A program made the translations under genes and the position numbers. A stretch of 64,000 bases of DNA from contig JAYWIR010000045.1 in NCBI GenBank assembly GCA_036172245.1, positions 1,364,001 through 1,428,000 of the forward strand, read 5' to 3'. This document shows positions 1 to 14,020 of this stretch, piece by piece. Positions within the stretch are counted from its first letter, which is position 1. Every line of letters starts with the position of its first letter. The DNA is from Raillietiella orientalis. Its lineage: Eukaryota. The notes beneath the pieces are model-generated. The model searched no databases and was not told the origin of the DNA. It saw only the letters and a program-made list of their open reading frames with translations.

Positions 1-2191
1 AAAGCAAAAAAAAGCGTGTTTCTTTGAGCTGTGAGAAGCTTGAGGAGCGATGCCTAAGAAATTCTGAAAAAGGGTTCCGATCGGCAATTTTGATTGATCA
101 GGTGCCCCCTGATATGCTGCTTGCATCATCAAAGACTTGGCTATTTGCATTCAGCCCCTAAACGCCCTTCGGAAAAACTCCGCCCTCGCTCCGGACGGTT
201 TTTCTCAACCTGCCCAGCTCCGTTGTAGTGAGCGAAGGACCGGTCTGCAGTGGATGCTCAGGAGTTCCTTGGCGGGGAGAGGACTGCGTTGGGGGCTCAA
301 CAGCCTCCCTCTCGGCACCCGGAGTTTCCGCTGCTGCTCGCATGATTTCCGACGTTGCACGGGTCAAAGAGGCTGGTGGTCCTCTTCCGTGCGGTCGATC
401 CTCCCTACTCGATCGCATAGGTCCGTGGTCGGTAGTCCGCAGGGTGTCCTGGCCGGTAAGTCCCGTAGACGCGTATGCCGCCTTCAGTGTCGGACATCAT
501 AATCGACCTGCTGAGCTGGTTCGAGAACTTCCCTGGGGTTTTCCAGCTCTTGCAGGAACGACTCAATTTGGGGCATACCAAGGAAGTGGCAGCTGGAGAG
601 CCACGGACCGCCGTAATCGAAGACGCATTCGACGTACACCCATGAGGAAAAAGTCTGCATCAAGTGTTGGTAATCTTTAACGGAGACAGGCATGACATTC
701 CTTGACAGAAGATTGTAGGAATCAGAGAAAAGCCACGTTGTGAGTTGGATGGAACAGGAGATCAAGCCGCCTCCTCCCTTCAGGTCAATCCACAAAGCTT
801 TATGCATGCTGCCCGACTCAACGTCCTCTTGTTGAGCAGTGCTGTATATCCCGAACAAGATGGCAGATGCAGAAGGCTTGGGGATGAGACGTTGCCTCAT
901 GTGTCCAATCATCTGGTGGCGCTCTCTCCGGTACATGTAGAGAGACGACCCATTGCTTCACCAGATTCAAGACGGCAACCAGAGGGAGCTGGGAAGTGGT
1001 TTGCTTCCATAAAATCACCCTGTACCGTCGTCTCTATTCGGATGAGCAACGTGCAAAGGAAAAAGGATGGCTATCGCTGAGCTCCCTCGAACCATTCTCT
1101 CTCTTCTCCAAAGAAAATTTTCTTTCTTTTACCTTCACTCCTGATTATTTTTGTCCTCTCTCTACTCATCACATTCGTTACCATTTGGCTGCAACACTTC
1201 ATTCCCCTTTTGAACGCGGGATCGATCCCAATGCATGTTATCCATTTTCTCTATCCAAGTTTTCTTGACTACTTTCCTGATTTTTGATATTGAAATGAGT
1301 TCAGAATTGCTCCAGAAGGAAGGGAAACTGAATGAAGAGAACCCTCTCTCTTCCTGACGACAAGTGATCTCCCGATGACCGTCAGAGCCCTGATAGTTGG
1401 GTCCCAGAATCCCCGAATGAACAGACAATGCGAGGAGTGGATATTCCTCTGCTGAAACACGAGAAAATGATGTGCCTCTAGCGTTCAGTGAGACGACTAG
1501 GGGACATCTTTACGACGAAGAAAACACCCAGAACACTGCCATCCGAGAACCAGCACCAATAGAGGCAAGTGTGGATGGATGGAGGACTTTGGGAGACAAT
1601 TCCATAACCTCATACAAAACAACAAGATGAGTAGAGCATGAATATCAAGGCGATGAAGATTGCAAATGTCCCGGTCCCTTCATTCTCTCGGTTCACTCTG
1701 TAAACAGAGCTGGATCGCGTGCGCTCTTGGAATTTCCAGCTCTTGCAGAGAATCTCCGTTCTTGGGATGCCAGGACCCGAACTGACCGGCGAAAATCGCG
1801 CGAACTGATGGTCGGTTCCAGAGAGTGGAGGGGAAAGCACGTGGTTCCTCGATTCCGACGAACGCTGCCGTTAGAAAAATCTCTTATCTGAAGTCCCAAC
1901 GGGAAAGCGTCACGATGCAGCAATAGATGCAGTCGGACGAGCTACGCAGATGTACCGAGGTGAACTACGAGACAAACGGTGCCACGCGAGCTCTGGAAGC
2001 TGAAAGCTTCTCCTCGTTGCACTCAAAAAGTCCTCCCGAGACACCGCTTCTGTAGTATCGCGAAAGAAGAGGAGCAAGAGTGCTGCTCATCGCTATCTGG
2101 CCGAACAACCATCACTTTATGCAGAAGGTCACGCGCTTTGAGGAACAAAACAGGACAGAGGGCAAGCCCAAGATGTGACCACCATACTCAC

Positions 2192-2358
2192 ACCACAGAG
2201 ACATGAATATGCTGAAAAACAGGATGTACGAGTTGTCCAGAACCATCGTGAATCTGGAATAGGAGCAACTGTCTCCCAGTTTCCAGTAGTTGCACATGTA
2301 ATCGCAAAGAGGACACATGGTGAGATTCCCGGAAAGGTGAACATCGCATATTTCCTGG
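2192..2358 (-). CDS. Anoctamin/TMEM16 exon (extracellular loop 1 and TM2)
   Basis: Translates QEICDVHLSGNLTMCPLCDYMCNYWKLGDSCSYSRFTMVLDNSYILFFSIFMSLW, containing the anoctamin MCPxCD..C.yW.L...C and F..FM..W motifs. Acceptor ttcttcag and donor T|gtgagt; phase is compatible with the preceding exon. Confidence 0.92.
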
Positions 2359-2403
2359 CTGAAGAAATAAAGGAATGGGTTCGAGAGAAGAAGCTTCACC
2401 TAC

Positions 2404-2609
2404 CTCTGAGTGTTGGCCTTCGAGTAGGCGTGCACCAACCCGGCCAGGAAGCATAGCGTTCCCACCATCGCGGCAAAGGTAAGCATCTGCGTGTAGAAGC
2501 CGATCCACGCAAAGTAGAAGCCGATCTGTTCCCCGAAATACTTTTTCACCAGCTGGAGAGGCTGCTCCCTGTACCACTGAGAGGGTCTAGCCCACTCCAG
2601 ATACAACTT
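2404..2609 (-). CDS. Anoctamin/TMEM16 exon (pre-TM1 and TM1)
   Basis: KLYLEWARPSQWYREQPLQLVKKYFGEQIGFYFAWIGFYTQML matches the hallmark QPL..I..YFGEKIg.YFAWLGfYT motif. Acceptor atcgtag, donor AG|gtaggt; followed by a 45-bp intron (2359-2403). Confidence 0.95.
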
Positions 2610-3351
2610 CTACGATATGTCCATCGTCACCACGTGGACCGGATTTTGCTTTCAAAGGGCTGCAGTCAGCGCAAGAAACCGAAGGGCAACGAGCCAAAGC
2701 ATGGGCGCTCAGACAATACACGGAAACACGCCAAGCTCCATTTAACTCCTTTGAGATGGCGCCAGATGACTGTTGACTGGCATCCAAAAAGGAAAGCGAA
2801 ATTTTCCATCGAAAAGGAGCAACGCAAAAGGAATTCCTCTGAAGATATTCCGGTCAGGTTTGAGAACACGGGTGAGCTAAGCTGATCAGGGCATGGCGAA
2901 GACATGGAAATAGAAAGTGGCATCAGTTGAAGGAAAAGACCCTCAAAGAATGATCCGGCAACGTCGCTCAATCGGCTGACTGATCTCCGGACTCAAAAAT
3001 ACTTCAACATGATAGGAAAGAAAAGTATCGATCAAGGCTTTGCTTCGACGGCCCCCCAGCCTTACGAAGTGGCGCCTAACGCCACGAGAGACCAAGACAT
3101 CATAATCCCAGATCCCAGAGCGTTTTGAGCGCTCCCTGACTCGGCCTGGGGACTCCGGATAGGAGGAATGGGAACGTTGCGTAAGCCGGAAATCCTACAG
3201 GCACTCCGAACCATTAGTGTGCCGGACTTGTGGCGATGAGGAACAGCGAGGAAGGTATGCTTCGTAGGACATGAAGAAAGGCTTTTCTTCCTCCTCCCCT
3301 TCCCTTTCCTCCCTCCCTCATCGAGCGCCGAGCAGTAAAATTCCAACTTGC

Positions 3352-3565
3352 CCTTCGCTCGCTGTTCTCAGAGAACTCATCGTTCCTGTCGTAAGGTCCG
3401 TCGTGCAAAGGGAAGGCGGTGTCGTACACGTTTTTCATGAGGAGCCGGCCGATGCCGAAATTCGAGTTGGTGTAGTTGTCATACGAAGTTCGCTGGAGCA
3501 GTTCGTGAAGCAGGAAGCTTCTCTGACCGGAAGTGAAAAAAGTGTCTTTATCCTTAATGAGGAAT
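3352..3565 (-). CDS. Anoctamin/TMEM16 exon (N-terminal cytoplasmic domain)
   Basis: FLIKDKDTFFTSGQRSFLLHELLQRT...FGIGRLLMKNVYDTAFPLHDGPY...SERR contains the FF...QR and GI..Ll...vY..AfPLHDG motifs. Acceptor ctttccag; donor AGG|gcaagt (GC) joins in frame to KLYLEW. Confidence 0.9.
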
Positions 3566-5199
3566 CTGGAAAGATAAATGATCAGGGTGACCACTTTCGG
3601 GGTACACGCAAAAACACACACACACACATAAACACAAAAAGATGACCGATTCGTAGAGTGCTGTTGCCGATCAGCGGCAGTTCCTAGTGGAAACCACACC
3701 ACGGTGGAGTGGCCACATCGTGTGCAAAAAGTCTGAACACGGTCGCGGGAAACACAGACCAAGAATCTTCGGAAAAGACTTGGAGTGCACGAAGAGCGGA
3801 ACCCGCATGAGAGGAACGCCGAAAACAGCCTGCCTGAAATCTCAAGATCCAGAAAAGCTCTCAGCTAGGTGCAGTAACCAGGTCTTTCGATTGGATCATT
3901 AGACATGCTTTTCAGAAGCAGGCAAACGATTCCCAAGATTCAGTGCATCTTCAGGTTTCGACTAGTGAGAATTACGCCTCAGCTATAATGCTGCCCGTGC
4001 GCAAAGGTGCATCTCCAGGAAGAAATGCCTGTCCACTGGAGCTGCTGCTCGGTATTCCAGGAACGCATATGGTCCTGGAAAGAATTCAAATCCTCAAATG
4101 GGTGAAACGTCGAAACGGAATCGAGATGCTGCTCCCTTGCAATCTCTTACGCTCTTCACTTTCTGCGGAGGACCAATGTCAGCATCCCCCAAAGGCGTGT
4201 CCACACGTACCGTTACCACTGCCTGGAAGCCTCTACGGATCCGGACGAATCACTTGTCGGATCACCTCAAACTTCGCAAGAGCACCGCAGCGCGACCCTA
4301 CAACTACCCAGACTCGAATCCAATACCTTCCCAGGATTCTCCGCTCGTCCAGGACATCGAAATTCCCGAAAGTGGAAAACGTCCAGGAAGTTCGAGATTT
4401 TGAACAACCCCGTGAGCTACCGAGATTCTGATAGTATTATCGAAAAAGCCGCTTCGTGTCTGGCCAGGTCCGCCGAGTAAAAAACGAATTCCGCGCGAAA
4501 GTTTCGAAACTTGATGTCTACTGAAAGAGGTCAGTGAGACTTTCCTGAAACCTGGGAATAAAAAAGAAAAAAAAAAAAAGCGAGTTCACTGAAAATTGTA
4601 ACTCTAAGGAAAAACATCCGATGGAAGAAAGGCAGCTGGAGAGCTCTTTTGAGTTCGTTCCTGCCTCCCCTGGTACGCTTACATTTTCTCCCTAGCAGTG
4701 CGACGGGGTACAGCTGCTGCGAAGTGAGTAGCTATAACCCTCACGAGGATTGGTACAAGGCTGACTAAAAAATGATTCCATGAGATGGCACTATGATAAA
4801 AGAGTTTTTCTGCTGCCTCTCGTTTCCTCCGCTTCGCTGAAACAGCGAGTTCTCTTTGCACGGGAAGAAGAGCAACGAATTTTGCATGAGCAAGCAATTC
4901 ACAGGAGGAGGAACGCCATGGACCGCAACCATAGCCATGGGTCTAAGTCGAGAAAAACTTAGGAACACGATGAAGACGGCTCTTTCAATCTGGTAAGTCT
5001 GTTCGGAGACTGTCGTGAGGTACGCAACTGGACGAGAAAATGAAACCTTCTATTCCCACAGGAAGATCACGTGGCCTTCCCAAATCACTTGATAACAAAA
5101 CGAAAGAGTGTCCTTGAATTTCTCCCCATCTTCAAAAAACAGAAGAACCTGGTTGGTTGGTGTAAGGAGGCTTGCTTGAGGAACGAACCTCCCCCTTCT

Positions 5200-7250
5200 A
5201 TTGCAGGTTCCATCCTGTGACAGACTTGGCAAGCATGCTGAGAGCGAACATGCTGAAGACAAAAAAGGGTTGCTCATCTCGCAGTTCAACCTCATTTAGC
5301 CTCGGCTCTTTGTCCAGCTGGCAGGAGACTAGCAAAAAATCGTGAAGAGGGTTTCCAAGTTAGAAGCAGACCTGTTTTTTTCTTTCGTGTGGTCAAGGAG
5401 TCGCATCATCACTCATTCGATAAAACATTTAAGGATGCGAAACGTCCCCTGGCGCAGTCGCAACCTTTTTTTAGCGCTCCATTTCGCGCATCTGTGGCCA
5501 TGCCAACGCCCAACAACCTTCCTGTCTCATTCATCTGTTGATGATTTAGGCGTGCATCCATAAATTCTCCGTAGTCCTGGGATAGCCGGCGGCCTTGATT
5601 TGGGCCTCCTGCGCGCTCTGAAACATCTTCAAAGGTTTAGGCGTCACATGAGACTACGCACTATCAACCTCATCAGCGAGATCTACGGCGTCTGATTTGC
5701 TCCTGTTGTGTCATAGAAACGAGCTTTCAAGAGCTTCAGATAGCCACCATCTGTTGCATAGCATCCCTCCAGAGTGCGAGCCACCTTTTTACTCCCTCGA
5801 GAAGAGAATTCTGACGGAGGTCACTTCATCAATCATGAGCGTCACAACAGAATCGAAAAGCTGCCTTTCAGAACCAACAGAGCATGGTACGAGGGTCTCA
5901 TCTTTCGAGGGAGACCACATTCCGGATAAGGTGCCACCTGCACTGAGCTAATGAAGAAATATCTTCCGTCAAATCCCTCGAATTTCCTCAAATCAGATGA
6001 ACCGATCTCTTGATGCAGCGGGATGCTTTAGTGTTGGAGAGAGAGATGGCCACCTTACGCTTCCGTCTTAGCAGCTTCTTGTCTGATGTTTAGCAAGCAG
6101 TTTAACTGCACAAGTCAAAATGATGGCATCAAGGCAAAAGGCCGCGCCAAGCATGGTTTGCCCCTGAAGCAAAAGTTGAGAAAAAGGAAAACGGGAAGCA
6201 CAGAGGAAACTGATTCCAGGACTCCAGCTGTCTTCACTTGTTCTGCTATTTGAATACCTCCATCACGTGAGTTGTTCGGATCTTCCGTTTCCCAACACCG
6301 TGGCCAGCAACGGATGGCTTCGTGATAAACTTCCAGACTCCTCGAGTATTTTTATTTTCCTCAGACAAGTTATTTTCCTCCCAACGACGGCAGAGTTACG
6401 GTGCTCAAACTCAAAACGACTGCTCCGAAGCCACGAACACTCCTGTGACACCAGCCTGCGAGCATGCCCTTCTTGGAGAAACAGAGCATTTTGAAAACTC
6501 TAGCCGGTCGGAGAAAGAAACCACGCGAGTTTCTCCAGACCGGAAAGGTCCACGGGACGTGGCGACGGTGAAACAAGGATAATCTGCGAGAAGCAACCAG
6601 GAAAGGAAACCGTGCAGGAGGGGACACATACGATTCCTAACGTACGATTTCCACACGTGTGGCAGTCCCCCCACGAGCACGCCGTTACCCACTAGCGTTC
6701 TCAGCATCCGAAAAGTGTGTCCGAGACTCAAGCAGAGTTCTCTGACGGCGGTACAGCCGCATTGGTGTTTCAAAGTGGAAACAGCGGTAAAGTTTCGAAA
6801 TGGAAAACTGCGGATGAGAACGATTTCGCCAAAACCGACAAAAAAGAAAATACTGTTTGTAAATGAGATCATCTTTCTGCTCATCTGCAATCCATGGAGA
6901 ACAAGTTGTGCTATCGTTTGTTCTTGTCCTCAATGAATGGGCTACAACTGAGGATTGCTTATCAATAGCAGACATATGATGATGCTTGTGAAACCCAGAA
7001 GTACAATGAGGAGGACGCTGAGATGCACAAATCTTAGAGAAATCAAGCTCTGACAAAATAGACGGAGTTGAAATGGGTGCCGGGAAACCCTCATCCACTC
7101 GATGAAACCTTCCAAGTTTCTTTGAAAGAATGCGAATGAAAAAATTTGAGACTTTGGAGTGTCCAAGAAGATACACTCCAAGTGACCTAGAAAACGTATC
7201 ATTAAAGCTCCCGTTTCTGTGGTGCTCTTCGTCCCGAGCATACTCAAGGT
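5200..7250 (-). mobile_element. Degenerate CR1/L2-group LINE remnant inside the anoctamin intron
   Basis: SPWIADEQKDDLIYKQYFLFCRFWRNRSHPQFSISKLYR resembles the PWit.e.k..i..K linker between the APE and RT domains. A frameshifted LKAAFDSV-like segment (~5850-5875) and a LADEV (YADD-like) segment (~5670) follow in the expected order. Many stops; boundaries approximate. Confidence 0.5.
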
Positions 7251-10200
7251 GTCCACAATAAGAAGGAACTCAGGTCATGATGGTGCACGTGCTCTAGCTA
7301 GGATGAGTTCAGGCAACTGGTGAAAGACTGCAAAGACGCCGCACGACGAAGATCCCACAGTCGCGGGCAGCAGCAAACGAGCAGCGGGCTTGAATTTTTC
7401 CTGCTCTCTCTGGAGAACGCAGCAGCCCGATGTACTTTTCGAAGCTATAAGAAAGCTGCGAAGACCTCTTTCCGAGCGGAAGATGCTCGAACCACAAATC
7501 AGAGCCAACATTAACGTTGAGGGAACCCACGGTGAATCACGGAAGTCCCTCCCCCCTCCGCGACAGGCATCTCATTGACCTTTCACCGCTGGAACCACCT
7601 CGCGATACCTTGAGAAAGGGCGCACACGGAGTGATGCAACGTGGACTCACTGATTTTCCTGCTCTCTTCGGAAAGGAGCCGTCAGGTAGCCGACTCTGCG
7701 TTCCCCTTCGATCGGGAGAAAGTGCTTCAGAAAACGGTTGAGCGACGTCTGGATTCCTGGCACGATCAAATAGCTCCTGCTGGCGTAGTACATCGTTTCC
7801 TGGAACATTTCATCAAGAATCCACATCAAATATTCAAACAGCTGAATTTTGAAATATCACAAACTGTCACTCAGGGAGGGCATGCGATAAAACCAAAACG
7901 AAATCCGAGAAGAAAAGAAGAGGAATCGCCCCTATTTTTTTCTGGATGCAAACAGATGGTGTCCGCTGATGCGAAGGCTGGAATGGCATTCCCTACGGTC
8001 AAGAGAAAGCGAAACGTGAAGAAACTTCCTCTGCAAGTACGGAGAATTCTGCTCTCGAATTTCGTTTGGCCACTGTTTGAAGGACAAGGCTGTCCCACTA
8101 AAAGACTTGAAGAGTTCCCTGTAAGGCTTTCATGACGAAAGACGTCTTTCTTAATGAAAGCCTCCTCAAAGACATTCTTTAACGGAGCAGAGCTCAAAAT
8201 CAAGGCAACCATCGCGAAGAACTCACACAAGAGGGGGGTCGTCGATCTTGAAAGCAACGAAGCGGATCAACTTCGGGATCTGAGACAGGACTGGCAGGAG
8301 CTGATCGTTCGCGTTGCAAAGCCTTCTAGGCAGATTTTTTGAGCTGAAGAAATAGTCACCTCAGATGCCCATGCTGTGCGGCTGCCCAAGAAAGAATGTG
8401 AAAAGCAGCCAAGATAAATGAAGACCCAGAGGGTGATGACCACTAGGACAACTTCAAGAGTTTCGAAACAGACGAAGCTGCGACTCACTTCATGAGCGTT
8501 TTCAAAAACCGGAAAAATGGTGTTGGTGATGCCATCTACCCACTCCCGGATGACTCACTGAGCGATCAGGCAGCTGCATATTAGTTACTGTTCCAACGCA
8601 AAGATGCCGCGCGACGTCAGCAGTATTCTGAGATGCAGCGTGCAGGCTGTTCGTTGAACTGACAGTTGTCGCGGAGTACTCTATTTGCATACCTTGTTTG
8701 TGTAGATTAGATGTGCCAATGCCAACTGATTACCCATGCCGTGAATGTATGTCATACAAGCCAGTGAAAGAAAGACAAATGTTCTGTAAATCATTTATCA
8801 CTTTGCAGGAGGAGTTCCATATGTTGTCGTAATTACCTCCTTTTAATGAATTATATAATAGCGACTGTTTGGGACGAAAACGTGCAATTTTCCTAGCGCA
8901 CCAGCATGGAAATACATGCAATGGTCTGCAGCTCGAATCTCATTGCAAGTGTGTGGGCTCTTCCTAGACAACTGCTACTGATTCCTGTTCATACAATCTC
9001 AGAAGTATACAGGATACCCTACCCTTGCAGAGGACCACAGACTGCAGACGAGTTTTGTGCCTTTATTTACTTCGATGATGTCTCTCCCTCCCTCCCTCTC
9101 AAACTGTGTGACTCACCGACACCAGATTCGTGCAAGAGTTACCTGTAGAGGCATCTTCATATGCAATGCTTCAGCGTACGTCGTGAGCACTTCCCAGGGA
9201 GCATGCAATTTCAGGAAAACCACCTCCTTGCCGTCGAATATCTGCAAGAACAACTCACTGCATGCCGGTGTGCATTAAAAAAAAAAAAAATTCTTCTTGT
9301 GCAGATGGTTTTTGGGAACCCTTCCGTGAGAACGCGACTCGGCAGATCCAAGAGAAAACACAAAAAAGTAAGAAACCTCACTACGCCTTTCAAGAGAAGA
9401 GGATTCTAAAGAGGAATTCCCAAAACCTCCGAAGGATTACAGGTTTTGAGCTGATCCGAAGATCCGAAAAGGAGAACCAGAGGCGAGACGGAACAGTTCA
9501 ACTGAAAGGGAAATTTAGCGAAAGTGCTCCGTGTGAACCGCAAGAGGGAGACTCCACCGAAGGCATCCACAATGCAGAGCTGCCACAGACACAAAAGATA
9601 CGAAGAAATAGAGATGACCCGGTGTAAGCCCGGAATCCCGGTGTTGGGCGGGAACGCACATGTGGCGTGAAAGAACGGTTCTGAAAGCGTCGGAACTGCT
9701 CCGACTCGAAAGTCATGTGTGCGCTTCACGCGCCGCACGATGCTCTCTCCCGACTGGGTCAAAAGATCCCTTAGGTGGAGCGGGACATCCTGCCAAAATA
9801 AATGGAACATTCCATTCACATCCCGACGGGAAACACGCTTTCAAGCACAAACCCCGCTTTTTCCAGGAACCAGAAACAGTCGAGATGAGAAACCTAAAAT
9901 CCGGGAACAGGAGAATGGCGGGGCGCATTCCATTCTCGGCGACAGGCTGCTGATGACTGGAACCCGAACGATGCTCCTGCCGGGAGGAGCGACTCTCCCT
10001 CGAAGAAACATCAGGGAGAATTCCGCCAGTATTCAAAGGCGCTCAAAGAGCGCAAAGGTCACACCGCATGACGAGTCTACTTTAGAAGCACCCGAAGCAA
10101 CGAAGACCGGCAGCGCCTTCCTCAAGAACTCCCCGAGTCTGTAATCCGTTTTCGTATCCGAGCCGAAGCACAGACTCCCGGCGATCTCCGCGTTGTGGGC

Positions 10201-12062
10201 AAAGCCGAGAACCAGCGCTCTTCTTGCAAAACGGACCGATGCATTCGCCCGTACGAGCAGACGATTTGTCGAGAGAGAGCCGAACACGGTGCCGCCTGCA
10301 GGATGCAATCGGGAAGAACAGACGCAGCCACTGCAAGAATTGCGGCGCCACCTTCTTACCCGCATGCGTCTCCGAGTTCATGTGCAGTCGCTTTTCGGGT
10401 GCACAAATGCATTGAACTCTATACTGCACTTACGAAGCTTTGCACAAGACACACATGCGAAAACACTGCGATCTGCGTTTCATAATGTACATGAGCAATA
10501 CGCGTTGTATTTGCCATGCGGAAGCGGCGTGGTACCAAAGTACATTCCAAAGGGATCGTCGGAATCACCGGGGGATTGCAACAACACGTGTCTTCGTCCG
10601 CCTTAAGCGTTCTGCCACCGTGCGCGGAATCCAGAGAGACTTCGAAGGATCTCTGATAACCTGCCACTGATGCTGTGCAAATGCACCGAAGACCCAGACC
10701 CTAAGCAAAGCAAGGGCCCCCCAACGAGGCTGCTCCTGTATTTATCTCTTCCGTGCATCCGTAATACGAACCGAGTCCGGCATGTGGCCATCCTTGACAG
10801 CAGGCGCCTGGCTGCTGCCATGCAACTCCCGCGGATCGTGTTACGCCTCCCTTTCCCGTATTTTCGCGAAAGGGTAGGAGGTTCCAGGAGTTGCTGTTGT
10901 CTCCAGGCCAGACGTGTGCCGCCGTGGAGCGGCCGACTTATCGGTCGTCGATTCCGTCACACGTCGTGGGAACGCGTCTCCGTAATCGCAAGGCGCGGAG
11001 ATGCGCAAGCGCGCGTGCGCACCGCTCAGCACGAAGCAGACGGGGGACGAAATTTGAAAGTTGGGGAAAGATGCAGCTCCTCGCATCGAAGCTCAACAGG
11101 TAGAACATGAGATGAAGTGTTGCGGGGAAGGAGGAGGGGGAAACGGCAGAAGAAATGCACGCTCAGAGTTCTTGTTTGTTTTTCGTGATTTGGCTGCCAT
11201 CGTGGCGGAGGAGGAGGCTGGCGCGCAAAAAAGGCTCAAAAAGGCATTTCGAGAAGAGCGAAGGGCTCTCTTCGAGACGCGAAAAACGATGCCGCCGCAT
11301 CGCGAAACTGGGAGGAGGAAGACGAGCACCGAAAGCAGCATCGGTTGCCAGGTCGACGGAAAACACCTTTACGCGGGCGCGCATTCTGTGATTCCACACT
11401 TGGCGGCAGAAGAAACTTCTCATCCTGACGATGTGAGAGAAGGCTTTGTGCTCATCAGCGCGTGTGCGTGTGCGTGTTTGCGTGGAGCTAATGAGCACGT
11501 CTCCGAGACGGAGCGGAGCAGCTGCGCCGAGATGAACGAGGGATTTCAACCCAAGAGAATAGGAACGTCGTGGCAAGCGTGCGGACGTGGAGGGTGTGGA
11601 AAGCACATCTGAAAGATCCCATGCTGCTTGCTTGCCGCGCGGCGGCTGCCGGGAAGCGTTCGAAAGGAAACGCGCAAGAGGAGGAGGAAGGAACAGAAGA
11701 CTGCGAGAGCTAAGATCTGCCGGCTGAAGAGATTCCGCAGCGGAGGCCATTTCGAAAAAAGGGCGGTGCGCCGTTGGTCATTGGACTTTGGGAAGTCCAG
11801 ACGGAAAAAGGAGGAATCAAAGACATTTGCGCGGCACAGGAAGCGCTTGGCTCCCTCCTACTTGCTCATCACACCACGCCCTCCTAGGAAAAGTAGGACG
11901 GACCTATTCTGCTCTGCCATTCCCTTAAGCCTCCGGTCCGCCTCTTCGTCCCAGAGGGCGTGGAATTTTTCTTCACCCTCACGATCCCCTCAACCGCCCT
12001 GCGCCAGACCTTCCCCCCTACCGTGGTTCCCGCCGGACGTTGCTGCTGCACCCGCTGCGGAA

Positions 12063-12233
12063 CGCGAGACCGAGTCTCCCTGCGCGAGGAGGCGCGCAGC
12101 ACTCCGACAAAGCGTCGCTGGTCGGTCGATAAGCAGCCAGACGCGACTCTACCCCCATGGCCGTAGGTTGCCCAACGGTCCCGCGCGCTGGCGCACGCAC
12201 CCTTAGCCGGGCGCGCCAACCGTCCTCAGCCAC
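12063..12233. repeat. 171-bp direct repeat, copy 1 (copy 2 at 15254-15425)
   Basis: Aligned by eye from cgcgaga to cagccac: 4 substitutions and 1 single-base indel versus copy 2. Confidence 0.95.
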
Positions 12234-14020
12234 CTTCCCTGCAGCTCCCGGCAGCAGCGCCCCCTCTACCGCGCGTTTCTGCGCATCCCGAGCTGCGGAC
12301 CGCGAGATTCAAAAAAAAAACAAGCAAGGGAACAGGGGTCACTCTGAAGCGAACCCACGTAAACCACGTGCATGCGAGTTTCCTCCACGGCGTGCGCACC
12401 TACGTGACGTCACCTTCGGCGAGAACAGCATCTGTCCCACCGTAGTCGCCGCGTCCGGCAACTCCATCCCCTTTCCGTCCCATCACTACATCCTTCCTCT
12501 TTCATGTGTCAAGAATTGCCTTATCGATAACGGCATCCCCTGTATAAAAAAAAAAAAGTCTCCCCTATTAATTCCAATTTCCTATTAAAGCAGAGGCTGT
12601 CTTCCGTGATCCCCCACCATCCCCCTGTCGTGGGCTTCAGCTAACGCACCAGCGCGGGAGCTCGGTTGCGACGTCCTGGGGCGTCTCACTCGGGTTCCGG
12701 GTTTCTTCAGCAATGCCTGTTCCCCATGCCTTCCCTGCTTCTTCATCCCAGGTCCCGCGACCCCGATTCGGTCTCCCCGAAAGGCAAGCAAGGAACGAGG
12801 GCGATTGGCACGTTACTTCCGCCCGCACGCCTTCCTTCGACACGCCAACGGCGCGCTCCTTTGTGGTCGGTGTGGTCGGCGGAGGCAGATTTTCCTTCCT
12901 CCTTCCTTTCGCCAAGGCGCCTTCCGTTCCTGCAGGGCTTTCCTCGCGCGGCGAGCACCCTCCCTCCCACCCGCGGAAGGAGAGCGAACCGAACCTCCTC
13001 CCTTCAGGTCTCACCCCGTACCGCATTCCCGACGGCACATCGCGTTTGCCGTGCGGTGACGCACCTTCCCCCCGACGCCTTCGACCGGCGCCGACGGAGC
13101 CTTGCCGCCACGCTTGTGACCGCCGCATCGTGCCGCCGATGGACATGCCCGTGGCGCGCCTCGAACCCGCTTCCTCGTGACGCGCGCGCGGCGTTCTTTT
13201 ACTCGCCACGCCACGGATGTCGCCCCACACATGCCGTGCGCCTCTCGTGCCGCGCCCTCTTCTGGAAGGGCCGCCGGCTAGTGCGGGCGATCGGCAATCA
13301 GATCGAAACACGCAATCAGGGAATCGTAAGGAATCCTCCTGTACAAGAAAGTGCACCCAAGGGATACTTGAAACATGACCTTCCCCTTGACCTCGCCGAT
13401 TTTCAGTGAGGGAATGCCATGCATCACTGCGTTGCATCCTTATTGCTCAGCTTACACGACCCGCGAACTCGACAACCCTGAGCTGGTTGCAACGAAGCGC
13501 TTGAGCACTGGGAAAGCAAAGACATCACCGGCCCTGGATGCTGCAGACCCACAGCATCCAGACTATGGCTGCATCTGAATGTTCGGCCGGTACGCTCTCA
13601 AGAAACTCAGTTTCTCTATGCTTGTTCGAAACGAGGGTTCGGTGGACCCACCGATGCGCTCTCGTCTCTCCTACCAAAGACAGCAGCAGCAAGGGAGGCA
13701 GACGGCAGACGTGCGAAAGACACGCAAACCTCTGCGGACCACACGCTGGCTGTTCCGGGCTGACGAGGTAATCGGTTGGACGCCATTCACTAGGGGACGT
13801 CCGCGATGGCGAGGACGGTTACTCCGCGCATGGAGTGCGCCTTCGAGGAAGGGAGACAGCAGCGCGACGGGATTTTCCCGCGCTCTCGCGGACGTGACGT
13901 TTCCGGGCGCTGCGGAACGGACGAGACTTTTCCTTGCCGCGAACGTTTCGGCGCGTGGCTCGCAAGAAAGGCGCCCTTCCGTAGCAAGAGTTTCGCCAGA
14001 GTGCGAGGAAAGTCTCCTAC

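Noticed and set aside
1..1080. ORFs of 110-150 aa at the window start
   Set aside because: No recognisable domain; probably intronic repeat debris.
7390..8500. Semi-continuous + strand reading frames, possibly a TE gene
   Set aside because: No motif I can assign with confidence.
9620..12400. Candidate missing anoctamin exons
   Set aside because: Motif similarity is weak and I could not build a phase-consistent chain with canonical splice sites, so they are not listed as features.
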